From the NCBI GenBank assembly GCA_038087875.1, contig CM075993.1, forward strand, positions 8,682,001 through 8,746,000: 64,000 bases of DNA. The letters are read 5' to 3'. Positions 24,060 to 38,349 of the stretch are shown one piece after another. The DNA comes from Malacoraja senta (taxonomy: Eukaryota). Under the pieces are notes generated by a model. It saw only the letters and a list, made by a program, of their open reading frames with translations. It had not been told where the DNA came from and did no database searches. The translations under genes were made by a program, and so were the position numbers. Each line of letters opens with the position of its first letter. The first letter of the stretch is position 1.

Positions 24060-25963
24060 GCTTCCTACAACAGAGGATAACCAAAAAGACAATACGGGAA
24101 GAAAAGATGAGATACGAAGGTAAGCTAGCCAAGAATATAAAGCAGGATAGTAAAAGCTTCTTTAAGTATGTGAAGAGGAAAAAATTAGTTAAGACCAAAG
24201 TTGGACCCTTGAAGGTGAATTTATTATGGGGAACAAGGAAATGGCAGATGAGTTGAACAGGTACTTTGGATCTGTCTTCACTAAGGAGGACACAAACAAT
24301 CTTCCTGATATAGTAGTGGCCAGAGAATCTGGGGTGACGGAGGAACTGAAGGAAATCCACATTAGGCAGGAAATGGTGTTGGATAGACTGATGGGACTGA
24401 AGGCTTATAAATCCCCAGGGTCTGATGGTCTGCAACCCAGGGTACTTAAGGAAGTGGCTCTAGAAATCGTGGATGCATTGGTGATAATTTTCCAATGTTC
24501 TATAGACTCAGGATCAGTTCCTGTGGATTGGAGGGTAGGTAATGTTATCCCACTTTTTAAGAAATGGTGGGAGAGAGAAAACAGGGAAATATAGACCAGT
24601 TACCCTGACATCGGTGGTGGGGAAGATGCTGGAGTCAATTTTAAAAGATGAGATAGCCGAACATTTGGATAGCAGTAACAGGATCGGTCTGAGTCAGCAT
24701 GGATTTACGAAGGGGAAATCATGCTTGACTAATCTTCTGGAATTTTTTGAAGATGTAACTAGGAAAATGGACAAGGGAGAGCCAGTGGATGTAGTGTACC
24801 TGGACTTTCAGAAAGCATTTGATAAGGTCCCACATAGGAGATTAGTGGGCAAAATTAGGGCACATGGTATTGGGGGTAGAGTGCTGACATGGATAGAGAA
24901 GTGGTTGGCAGACAGGAAAGAAAGAGTAGGGATTAACGGGTCCCTTTCAGAATGGCAGGCAGTGACTAGTGGGGGACCGCAAGGCTCTGTGCTGGGACCG
25001 CAGCTATTTACAATATACATCAATAATTTGGATGAAGGGATTCAAAGTAACATAAGCAAATTTGCAGGTGGCAGTGTGAACTGTGAGGAGGATGCTATGA
25101 GAATGCAGGGTGACTTGGACAGGTTGGGGGAGTGGGCAGATGCATGGCAGATGAAGTTTAATGTGGATAAATGTGAGGTTATCCACTTTGGTAGCAAAAA
25201 CAGGAAGGCAGATTATTATCTAAATGGCGTCAAGTTGGGAAAAGGGGAAGTACAACGGGATCTGGGGGTCCTTGTACATCAGTCTATGAAAGTAAGCATG
25301 CAGGTACAGCAGGCAGTGAAGAAAGCGAATGGCATGTTGGCCTTTATAACAAGAGGAATCGAATATAGGAGCAAAGAGGTCCTTCTGCAGTTGTACAGAG
25401 CCCTAGTGAGACCACACCTGGAGTATTGCATGCAGTTTTGGTACCCTAATTTGGGGAAGGACATTCTTGCTATTGAGGGAGTGCAGCGTAGGTTTACAAG
25501 GTTAATTCCCGGGATGGCGGGACTGTCATATACTGAGAGAATGGAGCGGCTGGGCTTGTACACTCTGGAATTTAGAAGGATGAGAGGGTATCTCATTGAA
25601 ACATATAAGATTGTTAAGGGTTTGGACACGCTAGAGGCAGGAAACATGTTCCCGATGTTGGGGGAGTCCAGAACCAGGGGCCACAGTTTAAGAATAAGGT
25701 GTAAGCCATTTAGAACATAGACGAAGAAACACTTTTTCTCACAGAGAGTGGTGAGTCTGTGGAATTCTCTGCCTCAGAGGGCGGTGGAGGCAGGTTCTCT
25801 GGATGCTTTCAAGAGAGAGCTAGATAGGGCTCTTAAAAATAGCAGAGTCAGGGGATATGGGGAGAAGGCAGGAACGGGGTATTGACTGGGGATGATCTGC
25901 CATGATCACATTGAATGGCGGTGCTGGCTCGAAGGGCCGAATGGGCTACTCCTGCACCTATTG
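24060..25963 (+). mobile_element. CR1 LINE, 5'-truncated (~1.9 kb), RT pseudogene
   Basis: YRPVTLTSVVGK, QHGF, YLDFQKAFDKV and PQGSVLGP motifs with frameshifts. The catalytic FADDTKL is deleted (reads SKFAGGSV; the copy at ~63890 retains it). Confidence 0.92.
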
Positions 25964-27311
25964 ATCTGAGGAGCATGAAGTATCTGAAGATTGGAATATG
26001 CACTGATATCTACTTTAAAAAAAAAAAATCCTAAGTAACAAAATGCCTGTGTGGTTAGACTTGTATTTAACCCAAAATGGTTCTTCAGACATTAACTTTG
26101 ATTTTATTAGGGTTTTATACCACACTGAACCAAAAATTGCTGTAATTTGAATGGTGGTCACTCTCACATCACCAATGGGATTCACTGCCTTAATCCATAT
26201 ACAGACCAATGTGGTAATATGAAATAAAGTCAAGTGGTTAAGGGAGAACCAGGGAGAACCAAATATAAGCATGGATGAACAAGTGAAGTTTGATTAGATG
26301 GCCAATGACACCTTTCATCATTGATGGTTGATGGTCAAATGATGCAAGGATAACTGTTTAGATCTGATTTGATTGGTTGTGCTTTTTGGCAAGACACACC
26401 GTGGCAATTTTTAAATTTATTGAGTACATGTCAGTCTTGCAGCTGTACTATAAACAGCTTAAATATGGGCACAGCCAGTTCCAAATGTGCCGTCAACAAT
26501 ATTCAGAACTAGCTGTGCCTATATTAAGCCCCATGGTATTTCCAGTATCCAGTTCAGTTTCATTTCTTGATGCTGCAGGTAGTGCATACTCTAGAATGAA
26601 GGGGACCTTAACAGAAGTCGGGAGACCAAGCACCATTTTTTATTGGTAAGTCACGGTCGATAAGGTTAGCAGCTTCAAATTCCATTTACATCAGCATAAA
26701 CATCTCGTATGACCCATCCAGGGCCCAGCACATAGATGCAATCATGAAGAAAGCTCACCTGTGCCTTTACTTTATTAGAAGTTTAAAGAGATTTGGTATG
26801 TCTATGAATACTCTAACAAACATTTACAGATGTACTCTGGAAAGGATCTTAACCACATCGGTGATTACTCCTATCAATGCAGACACAGCCAGACATATTT
26901 GATAAAGATTTATTATTAACAAATTAAATTAAGCAATGCAAAATAATATTTTGGACTGTGACAATATGCTTTAATGTTGGTTATTTTGATCTTTCATAGC
27001 AGATTAATAGTTATCAATAGTAATTAATAGTAATTTTAGAAAATGACATTTACACTTTGAAATCTTGTAGTACAGGTTCATTGGTATGGCAACTGATAGC
27101 AACACCCAAGGCCACAAATGAGCAGCTGAAATCAAAACATGATCATATGGATTAATTTTATTTTCCAAATATAATTTTAGATTGATTTTGCAGAATAAAA
27201 ACATCCAGAGTGTTTCTATAACCAAGGAGCAGTAGTGTTATGGATACTTAAGTAACATATACAAAAGATGTCTTTCATTTTCCAAGTCAATAAACATTTT
27301 AATGTACATAC

Positions 27312-27431
27312 CTATACATCGAGTTCTTGATGCATCAAGAGTACTTCCTTGGAAACATTGACATGAATAACTGCCAGGCACATTCTTACAATCTCCATTG
27401 ATGCAGGGATTGGTCTCACATTCATTAACAT
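27312..27431 (-). CDS. FBN1: Fibrillin exon, cbEGF9 (120 nt)
   Basis: (D)VNECETNPCINGDCKNVPGSYSCQCFQGSTLDASRTRCI; acceptor catcag, donor gtatgt. Confidence 0.92.
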   Translation of the reverse strand: MLMNVRPIPASMEIVRMCLAVIHVNVSKEVLLMHQELDV

Positions 27432-28139
27432 CTGATGAGGGGAAAAAAAAGGTAAATTATAATGTACAAAATTCTTTCAATACATTTTTTGCTAATCTAA
27501 ATGAAATCATGCTTTCAAATATAATCTTACCAAATTTGTTGAATTCAAAGTATTTTTTATATTATCCATGCATTAATCCGTTTTTTAAAAGACCACCCAG
27601 GATAGCAATATACATGGAACCAAAGACTCTTGTGTAATTTAAACATTTGAACTCTATCATGGAGCAGCAAAAATGTAACCAGGTATTAATTTCATTTTCT
27701 AATAAAATAATTAAAACATTCTCTATTGATAGTTACCTTTGACATGAAAAAGTCAAATTTCTAAACCCCTTTGCCCATTTTAGGTTTGCTTGTGTAATAT
27801 TAACCCTACACTTAGATATTCACAGATCTGTTTAAAATTATTTTGTTTATGATTTTGTTACTGATTACAATTAATCTAAATTATAGTGGATTTGGGAATG
27901 TCCAATGATTTTTATATCCATGAACTTTCAGAAGATATTTAAATAAGTTCTATATCACAGATAATTGCCATATATTAAAGTATTTGGAGTAAGTTGCTAA
28001 CTGGTTGAAAAGTAGACGAGTTAGGATAAAAGGTAAAAGTATTGATGGATCTTTCATGCATTTGTACTGGGACATTCATTCTCATCACACAAATTAAGAA
28101 CTTCAAACAATGAGTCTCCTTACTCAAGCTCTCTACTTA

Positions 28140-28448
28140 ATTTAGTTTAGTTTAGAGATACAGCGCGGAAACAGACCCTTTAGCCCACTGAGTCCGCACA
28201 GACCAACAATGATCCGTACACTAGTTCTATGTTATGCCTGTTTTGCATCCTACAAACTAGGGGCAAATTACTGAGGCCAATTATCCTACAAATATGCATG
28301 TCTTTGGAACGTGGGAGGAAATTGGAGCACCCAGAGAAAACCCACGCATTCACAAGGAGAACACGCAAACTCTGCACACAGTATCCGTAATCAGGATTGA
28401 ACACCGTTTCTGGCACTATGAGACAGCAGTTCTACCACTGCACTGCCT
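28140..28448 (-). mobile_element. tRNA-derived SINE
   Basis: Same family; tail TTTAGTTTAGTTTAGAGATACAG on the + strand. Confidence 0.75.
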
Positions 28449-30344
28449 GTTAATATGGTTTGCAAATGAGATTCGGAACTCGCAAGAGGAAATAAATGGG
28501 TTAGATAATCATTATTGGAACTTAAAGAGCTCAATGTAAGAAATATAAAGAAATTAAATTTAAATTTAAAAATGAAAAGCAAGAATACTCTCGAACTGGT
28601 GAGAAACTAGGAGGTGTGAAGGAACAGACACATGTATTTGAATGTGCATATTCACACAGCATTAAAGTCTAAAACAAAAAGAAAAAAAATGCTATAAATA
28701 CTAAACCCGTTGGGGCAAATCATTGCGAAGAGAAATAGATTCAATATTTCAGGTTGGCGACACTTTGTCAGGTTCTGGAAAGATCGCCTGACCTGAAAAT
28801 TCGACTCTGTTTCTCTTCCCACAGATAAGGCTGAGTATTACCAATTTTTTTTTTGCTTTAGATTTTCAACATCTGCAGATTAAAAACAACTTATTTGATG
28901 AGCATTAAAGGCGAATGCACATATTTAAACAAAAACCCAAATAAAATAAAACAGAACATTTGCTTTTATATTAAAAGGCGCATTAGTGATGTTCCAGCTG
29001 AACAGAGTCTTTGGCAGAAAACATCCAGAGTATAACATTTAAATTTCAACTACACACCTCTTAAAATGTTTTGGAAGTGGTATACTCAGATTTTTCCTAT
29101 AGCCACAATTCATGGCAATTTGCAAACAATTGAATTGTTTTCCCTGGAGATTGGAAGATTGAGTATCATTACAAATAATAAAAGCAATTAAGATTTCCTC
29201 TGATGGGGAAATCCAGAAAGGAGGCATTACTTCCTTGAGATTAAGCTGTGTTTTCAAATTTTCTCTTTAGAATACACAAATTTGCACAAGTTCATGAATT
29301 TATAATGTCAGAAGTTATCATCAACTTCATAGTTAGATCTAAACTGACATCAATTTTAATGCATAATATGTGATATGCTATAAACTGTAACGTTAATAGA
29401 TTTTTACTGCAGAGATTTCTTGAAACATGATCTTGATTCATCAAGATATCCAATTTTCAGTACTCTTATATATACACTAAAATAACAAAATCAGACAGTT
29501 TGAGCAAGCTAAACATGGGATATAGAGAGCAATCTTATTCAAATAAGTCACAGCTGGATAAAGAATGTACCAGACCATCTGTTCCTTAATATGATGACAT
29601 ATACGTCAATAACTTAAAGGATATGTAATATCTAAACAACTGAAAGGTTAAAACATCATATACAATAATGAAATAATTGGACTATCATTATTCTTTTCCT
29701 TTGTTTAATTATTTCAGATTTGCAATAACAAATGCAGAAGTGAATTCAGATTTACTGGAATCTAAATTTTGTTACAAGACATTTAGCAGAGCCACCTATT
29801 TATTAAATAAGAATATTTTATCTGTGCATAAGGTGTAGGCAGTCGGTATACTAGATGCAAGCGAACCAGGTAATTTGGTGTTGTCAGATTACTACTCATA
29901 ATCTGACAAGGCACAGTGGCATACAACCCAGTATGTTGTGAACATTGTTAAAATAAACTGCCAAGGCTGGAAATATCAAATAAAAAACTGAAAATGCAAG
30001 AAATATTTAATAGCTCAGCTAGCATTTATGGAAAGAGGAACAAAGTCAGATTTCAGGTCGAAGTGTCTTCATAAGGGACACGGAGTTCTTAGCCTAAAAC
30101 CTGGGGTGAACGGACATGGTGAAGTGTCTCTGACCAAAAATGTCAAGTCTGAATGCTATGCGTGAATGGTTACTCTCTGTTTGTGGTGATGGTCATTGCC
30201 TAACATTTTTGTGAGCAAATGTTACTTATCATCAAGCAGCCCATGCCAAAATGTTATGTAGGTCTTGCTGTATATACAGGCAAAGACTGATTCAGCTGTT
30301 GAAGAGTTGCAAATGGGATTGAACAGTGACAATCATCAGTGAAC

Positions 30345-30645
30345 TTTAGTTTACTTTTGAGATACCGCGTGGAAACAGGCCCACCGGGTCTGCGCCGACC
30401 ACATATTAACATTATCCTACACACACAAGTGACGATTTTTACATTTACCAAGCCAATTTACCTACATACCTGTACGTCTTTGGAGCGTGGGAGGAAACCG
30501 AAGATCTCGGAGAAAACCCACGCAGCTCACAGGGAGAACGTACAAACTCCGTACAGACAGCAACTGTAGTCGGGATCGAATCCGGGTCTCCGGTGCTGCA
30601 AGCACCATAAGGCAGCAACTCTACCGCTGCGCCACTGTGCCGCCC
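30345..30645 (-). mobile_element. tRNA-derived SINE
   Basis: Head GGCGGCACAGTGGCGCAGCGGTAGAG on the - strand. Confidence 0.8.
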
Positions 30646-31018
30646 CCTGACCTTCTGGCCAGTTTCAGTTTATGTGTCAAGGTTTCTGGCCTTATGATCG
30701 AAGGAATAACATTGATGGAATAGATGAAGATGAATGTAATGAGGGCATTGCTCTGAGGATCTTTTGCAGTGTTTGGTTGATCACTGAGGCTGGGATGATT
30801 ATCCTCTAACAACCTTGACCACTTTTCCATTGTGCAAATTTTGACTCCAAACTTTGGAGTGATTTGATGCCAATTTACCAGGACTCCTATTTCTCATGGT
30901 ATATCCTTTAGCTCAGCATAGAGATTGCACATCAACAAAGTTAAACTCGGTTCCATTGGTGATATAAAATTAAGATAGGAAGCACTACAGGGACACTTGC
31001 CAAGATTAAAATACATAC

Positions 31019-31144
31019 CTTCACATGTTTCAGATTCAGGTTTAAACACATATCCGTCTGGACAGAAACAAGTATAACTCCCAGGTGTGTTTCTGCAGAG
31101 ACCATTGTCGCATAACAATCTATTAACAAAGCACTCATCAATAT
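31019..31144 (-). CDS. FBN1: Fibrillin exon, cbEGF8 (126 nt)
   Basis: (D)[41 protein letters not shown]; acceptor ttttgcag, donor gtatgt. Confidence 0.93.
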
Positions 31145-31449
31145 CTGCAAAAGAAAGGTAAACAGTGTTCTTTAATGTGTATCAAAGGAATCATTCTATT
31201 TTCATTTTATCATAGCAAACATAACAAAAATGGTTAGCTAGATATTTTGTCCCATAACTGGAGGGCTAATTCAGCGCTGTGTGGTTCACCTTGGCCATAG
31301 CAGTGCTACAGAATTGAACTTTCAAATACAGATGGAGTGTAGACCATTACCAATAATTATTTAATTTTTTGAGTCAGTATATTAGAACTTTGAAAAAAAA
31401 CCCAGAAACAAATAGATTAATACAGGGAATGTGTATTTATCCACTTTGA

Positions 31450-32217
31450 ATGAATTAATAAGTTTATTGGCCAAGTATTCACATACAAGGAATTTGCCCG
31501 CAAGTGACAACATGACATACAGTGACAGTTAGGAATGATACATAAACCATTAAAAATAAAACATTATTGATTAAACATGTGAATTAAATAAAATACTAGA
31601 GCAAAAGGAGGCTACAGATTTTTGGTTATTGAGTTGAGCTACCACTCGTGGAAAAAAACTATTTTTATGTCTGGCTGTGGCAGCTTTGACAGTCCGGAAT
31701 CGCCTTCCAGAGGGAAGTGATTCAAAAAGTTTGTGGCCAGGGTGAGAGGGGTCAGAGATGATCTTACCCGCTCGCTTCCTGGCCCTTGCAGTGTACAGTT
31801 CGTCAATGGAGGGATGTTTGCAGCCAACAACCTTCTCAGCTGATCGGACGATTCGCTGTAGCCTCCAGGTGTCGTGCTTGGTGGCTGTGCCCAACCAGAC
31901 CATGATGGAGAAGGTGAGGACAGACTCTACGATGGCCATATAGAATTGGATCATCATTGCCTGTGGCAGATTGTGCTTCCCCAGGTGCCGCAGGAAGTAC
32001 ACCCTCTGTTGTGCCTTTTTGACTGTGGAGTCGATGGTGGCACCCCATTTAAGGTCCTTGGAGATGATGGTTCCCAGGAACTTAAAAGACTCCACAGATG
32101 TGACTGTGGTGTTGTTGATGGTGAGTGGGATGAGGGGAAGGGGAGCTCTCCTAAAGTCTACTATCAATTCCACTGTCTTAAGAGCATTGAGCTCCAGGTT
32201 GTTGCAATGGCACCAGG
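31450..32217 (-). mobile_element. Rex1/Babar-like LINE 3' fragment
   Basis: WCHCNNLELNALKTVELIVDFRR...FKFLGTIISKDLKW...LPSGRRFR. Confidence 0.85.
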
Positions 32218-33482
32218 CGGTAGAAAGAATAAATAGAAAAGCGACAAAAATGGGAGAGACTACAGAATTCTGTTGCATAGAGGGATGTGGGTGTCCTTTG
32301 TGAAAAACAGAGTTGATATGTTGGTATAGCAAGCAATCAAAAAGGAAATGGAATATTGCCCTTTCTTGCAAAGCAGACGGGAGTATAACAATAGGAAAGT
32401 CCTGTTACAACAGTGCAAGGTGTTGGTAGGACTAGATGCAAAATTCCATCTTGGTGTCCCTATTTGAGTAGGAATGTATTTATTTGGAGACAGTTCAGAA
32501 AAAGTTGATCACAGGGATGAAATGATTTGTCTTATGAGTTATGGCTGGAGCATAGGCAGTAGTCAAAAGCCAAGGAAGGAGAGGATAGTTCATATCCTAC
32601 AGATACACTAGCTCTGTGCCATCATTGAAATGTGGTAGACAGAGATGATGGTGCAAGAATAATGAAGAGCTTGCATGAATCAGGTTGATAATTATCTGTT
32701 TCCACAAATGGTGCTAAGATACAGATGCATGGCTGGGGCTGACTGCAACTGCTTCTATCATGACAAGCCTAAAAAAACGTATCCTCCTAGACATTGCTCG
32801 TTGAGGAGATTCAGAGCAGAGGACATGGTTCACTCTGAGAGATGCAATCTTCAGACATTAACCCTCCTATGTTTCCTTCCTTGGTCTGGCCATGACTGTG
32901 AAATCGTGAATGCATGTACTGCAGTTCCAGCTAATATCATACAACCAATGGGAACTTTACAGAAGGACATCACTCAAAGTGTCTAGGGTCAATAGGTGCA
33001 GAGTTCAGAACCTGCAGTCAGCCTCCAGAATGTCTTTCTACATGAAAAAATATATGTATGCCCTTTTAAATTGACTTTTTGTATAAAAACAGATCTAAGC
33101 AGACCCGGTTCAGATGTGGCAGCTCAACAATAGATGTGATTTATGGCAATATGAACAGGTCATTTGCACAATGGGAACACAACGAAGTGTGTAATATCCA
33201 GCGTGGCACAATTCCGACAAAAAATCGTTATCATGTTACACCAAGAATTTGATCTACAGCCTACAATGTCCCCTAGACCCGTTACTTGTTAGTACTAAAT
33301 TTTAACAATCACGAAGCTCCAAATGACCTTGAGGAACCTTTCTTGGGACTATCCTAAGAATGCAACAAGACATGATTGGTGGCAAGGCCACAAAGCATCA
33401 CATCCTGAGGTCCCAGCTTCAGCATTGTTCTGAGAATCTTTGACAGTATATTTGTCAATGGCCTGCTTCACTGTGTTTAGAG

Positions 33483-33604
33483 TGTCCGAGGAAGGGTCTT
33501 GACCCGAAACGTCACCCATTCCTTCTCTCCAGAGATACTGCCTTTCCTCCAGCATTTTGAGTCTACCTTCAATTTAAACCAGCATCTGCAGTTCTTTCCT
33601 ACAC
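33483..33604 (+). mobile_element. 122-bp Penelope-derived insertion with 15-bp TSD; mutated hammerhead core
   Basis: TSD TCACTGTGTTTAGAG at 33468-33482 and 33605-33619; motif CCGAGGA-A-GGGTCTTGACCC-GAAACGTC. Confidence 0.82.
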
Positions 33605-34400
33605 TCACTGTGTTTAGAGCTCTCCGATTGTCAGAATTAGTTAAAACCAGTTGAAAATAATTTGTAATTCTAGAGTATTTTAAACAAAAAAAAACACGTT
33701 AAGCTACTTTTAATTAAGGCATAAATGAAATATGAAAAGGAAAAAAAGTCTGCTTAAGAAGTTAAATGAGTTTTTAAATAAAAGTCATAAAACCTATTCA
33801 AGTCAATGATGTCACGCCAGATGCAACAGCTATGGATGCCACAAAATTGAGGAGCCAGTTACGCTGTATCTGGCCCCTTGGCTCAGTAAGTTACAGACTC
33901 ACAATTGATTCCGAGGTGGAGCAAGAGATCAGATGTCCCAGCATCTAACCCCCTGGGCATTTCACACGTCTGCATTAGAGGAAGCCCAAAATGTGTTGAT
34001 GTGTGCACAGCAGCCAGCTAGTAGATCTCAGTGTAATTCAGTCCATGGACTTCCACAGCATGGCATTAAAAAGCCAGCGTGAAGCAGAAGTACACTATGC
34101 ATGTTTTACTTTCTATGTGATGAATCTGATCTGCCAGAGCCATCAATTATGTTGGGGCAACATTCACAGCATCAAATAATAGGCATTAGAAAGAGAGTTA
34201 CACAGATTTGATTACTTTTGTAATCTCACTGCAGCAAGGAGACAATGAGTGCAAGACAATTGACAATTGTCAGGTCATCATGGGCATGCATTGCTCAGAC
34301 AATCCTGACGTCAATGTAAAAATGACAATATATATACATAAAGTTACTTTGTAATTAGGACATTTAACAGAATTTCTAATTCAGAATTTCAAATACACAC

Positions 34401-34526
34401 CAACACATTTTTTCCCAGATATATCAACTTCATAACCCGAATTGCAAACACATCGGTAGCTGCTACGAATGTTCTCGCACACTCCATTTTGACAAATCTC
34501 AGAATCCATTGCACATTCATTGATAT
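34401..34526 (-). CDS. FBN1: Fibrillin exon, cbEGF7 (126 nt)
   Basis: (D)[41 protein letters not shown]; acceptor ttcgcag, donor gtgtgt. Confidence 0.93.
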
Positions 34527-35108
34527 CTGCGAATACAAAAAACTTGTCAAAACAGAGATGTATATTATTTCCATAGGAATACATTAACCTAAGCATCTCA
34601 AGTGAAATGTAACACAATAAGATTCAAATGTAAAAATAAACCTAGTGTGCAAACATAAAATTGTAAACATGAATGTGGAAAACTTCAACATTTCCATGTG
34701 CAAATTGTTAAACTGAAAAGCTTATGGAGATTTTTAAATTTCTATCATGTTTTATTTAAATTTGCTCTAATGCTGAGCTTAGAGATAGGGATGTGCAAGT
34801 GCAGCAAAAGTGATGGTTAGAAACATAACAAAAAGTGCAAAAGCAAAATAATTTATCAACACTATCTTAAATTCAGTTGAGGGCAAAGGCTTTAACAATT
34901 CTACATTCATTACAGGACATCAACAAGGAAGGCACGTTGTACAACAAAGTAGCCTGAAGCTCAGGATGTAGGCGGTAGCGCAATAAAATATTGCTCAAAC
35001 CGACATTCCAGGGAATAGCATTCTATAGAAATATGCCATGCAAAGGAATATTAGGATGTAGTTTAGATACAAACACGTTTTCTTTAGTAGGAGTATTTTT
35101 CATTTTAC

Positions 35109-35162
35109 CTATCCCATCACTTGTTATACCAGGTCCACTGCTGCAAAGTGCATCATATTCAG
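35109..35162 (-). CDS. FBN1: Fibrillin exon, end of TB2 (54 nt)
   Basis: (A)EYDALCSSGPGITSDGI; acceptor cccacag, donor gtaaaa. Confidence 0.92.
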
Positions 35163-36774
35163 CTGTGGGAAAATAAGAAAAATAGTCTGTCAATACTTCA
35201 CAAATTCCATCAAAACTGTGTGGAATACCTACAGAAGTTAGTAACATATCGTTTATGTGCAGGATTATTACATTAACTTCAAGTTGTCCAGTGATCAAAA
35301 TAAGGGATTATGAATGCATTGTTAAATCATCCAAAGTTTTACTGTTCCTTTGACATCTGGTTTTTGAATTTGTAACACTAATAAAAAAGTTTTTTTCCTA
35401 AAGCTGATTAGTACTGACCTAGTTCTTCTGAACTTCTGTGCTGCAGAGCTGAAATTGGCATTTAAAATTAGAGTGCCTGCAGATGCTCAGTATAATGGAA
35501 ACCACTTGATAGTGGTTTTGTTGTTTTATTCTGCTTAGAATTAAAATCATACATTGTTTAGAAATATTAGCAAAATGTACATGGGGAGCAATTTATTTGA
35601 AGCTACCTCCCTTTTCATGGCATTTTATCCTTTAAGCAATGACACACATTAGAAATTGACAGAGGCTAAAACTAACAAGTTAGATGCTCATATTTATTAG
35701 TTTATATAATATGGGACAGAATATGACTCACAAGCATGTGTAAATCATTTAGCTCCTCATGTTTGCTCTGTGCTCAATAATATCACAGAAAATATTTTAC
35801 CTCTGTATTACTTTTCTGCTGGTATGTCACCAAATACACTATATCGAATGTCTACAGACATACAGTACAGAGCATACTGACTAGTTGCATCATGCCCAAA
35901 TTCTGTAACTCAAACATCCAAGAACGAAGGAGGTCGCACAAAGTGGTAAACATTGCTTGGTCTATCATGGGTACTGACATAAGAATCTGCAGGCAGTGCT
36001 ATCTCAAATAGGCAGTTAATACCATCAAAGACCCATACCACTCAGATCACATACTCATTTTGCTACTATCATGTAGAAGATGGTACAGGAGCCTGAAAGT
36101 CTGAAGAAGGGTCTTGACCCGATACGTCACCCATTCCTTCTCTCCAGAGATGCTGCCTGTCCCGCTGAGTTACTCCAGCATTTTGTATCTCTTTGAAAAG
36201 CAGGACCTCCAGGTTGAAGAATAGCTTCTTCCCAGCAATCATCAGGCTCGTGACCATTGAACAACAGAAACCCGCTGCCTCAGCAACTACGATCCACTAT
36301 GTACTTTGTTTTGCTTGGATTATGGAATTGGTTTTGCACTACTATGGTACTTAGTATTATTGGTTATTAATTTATTTCATAATAATGACAATTGAACAAT
36401 ATTGACTCTACCCCATATTCTTCAATTCCCTCAACATCCAAATTTTGATTGATCTTGTCTTGAATATATTTATTTAATTAAATGAATATATTCAAGAAGT
36501 GGAAATCTATTAAACTACAGTCCTCTGGAAAGAGAATTCAAAAGATTCACCACTGTCAGGGCAAGGGAATTTATTTACATCTCAGTTCCAAATGATTAAC
36601 CCCAATTTGTCTGAAGAAAGGTCTTGACCTGCTATAATGTCACCCATTCCTTTTCTCCAGAGATGCTGCCTGTCCCGCTGAGTTACTCCAGCATTTTCTA
36701 TCTATCTTTGGTTTTGCAGTCCCTTCCTACCCAAATTTGAGATTGTGACATGGTTCCAAACTGTTCCACACTCA

Positions 36775-37700
36775 TAGAGTCTTACAGCATGGAAACAGGC
36801 CTTCTGAGCCAACTTGCCCACACCAGCCAACGTCCCATCTACACTAGTCCCATCTGCCTGCATTTGGTCCATATCCCTCTGAACCTGTCTAAATATTTAT
36901 TAAACATTGTGATAGTTCTTGGCTCAACAACCTCCTCCAGCAGCTCATTCCATACACCTACCACCCAATGTGTGCATGATCCTCAGATCCCTATTAAATC
37001 TTTTCTCCCTCACCTTAAACCTATGTCCTCTGGTTCACGATTCCTCTACTCTGGGCAAGAGATTCTGTGTGTCTACCCAACCTATTCCTCTCATGATTTG
37101 CACACCTCTATAAGATCACCCCTCATCCTCCTGCACTCCAAGGAATCCTAGCCTACTCAACCTCTCCCTATACCTCAGGCCCTTGTCCTGTCAACATCCT
37201 TATACATCTTCTCTGCACCCTTTCCAGCTTGACAACATCTTTCTTCTAACATGGTGCCCAAAACGGAACACAATACACTAAATGCAGTCTCACCAACATC
37301 TTATTCAACTGCAACATGACCTCCCAATGTCTATACTCTATTATGATGAATTGGTGTTCATTGCTGACTGATGAACACCAATGTGCCAAAAGCTTTTTTG
37401 ACCATCCCATCTAACTATGATGCCACTTTTAACAAACTATGTATCTGTACTTCTAGATCCATCTGCTCTATAACAATCCCCAGAGCCCTACCGTTCACTG
37501 TGTAGGTACTGCCCATGTTAGTGCTACTAAAATGTAACACTTTACATTTCTCTGTATTAAATTCCATTAATCATTCCTCAGCCCGATCAAGATCCTGCTG
37601 CAATTTTTGATAACCATCTTTACTATCTACAATACCATCCACATTGTGTCATCTGCAAATTTGCTAACCATGCCATGCACGTTCTCATCCAAATCAAATC
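36775..37700 (-). mobile_element. CR1 LINE 3' fragment
   Basis: Degenerate reverse-strand CR1 RT C-terminus and 3' UTR. Confidence 0.75.
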
Positions 37701-38349
37701 AAATCAAACTCCGAGGCACACTACTCGTTCTTCTGAATTCTGGAGAACAGACCCAGTAGCTTAATCTCTCTTCAAATGACAATCTCCCGCACATAAAAGA
37801 TCACACCAATGACCCCAATCATCTTAGGAAATTATTTTGGAGAAGCTTCAGTTTAACTCTCTATTGGAAGTCTACCATTCTTTAGATGGGGAGACCAAGG
37901 TTGACTAACACAATATATTCCATTTATAGTCTTACTATGATCCTTTATGGTTCTAGTATCCAGTATCCAAAATAAATTAGCTGATCAAACTAACTGATTT
38001 AATTACTGTTTAATTCCCCAGTACTTTAAATCAAATGCACTAACAAGTTGCAATTCACTTGTCCTTTCCCATGGTTCACATCCTAGGAATAGTTTCTCAT
38101 ATTTATCCTTTTTGGATATTTTCCCAATCAAAATGGAAATTCACATCAATCAAAATATGTTCAATGTTCTCCTCTCCAACCATCATCTCACATATTTATG
38201 TTTTTCCCTAAGCTGCATATTCAGTGACAATATATTGGGACAGACTACAAAATACTTCCTAAAATACCATAACATGGGTAAATTTCCTTATTTAGGTCAG
38301 AGACTATGTTACTACATGTATATAGTGCTGGTCACAATACTACTCATAC

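Noticed and set aside
24542..25720. 392-aa ORF as an active reverse transcriptase
   Set aside because: 5'-truncated, frameshifted and missing the catalytic DD motif.
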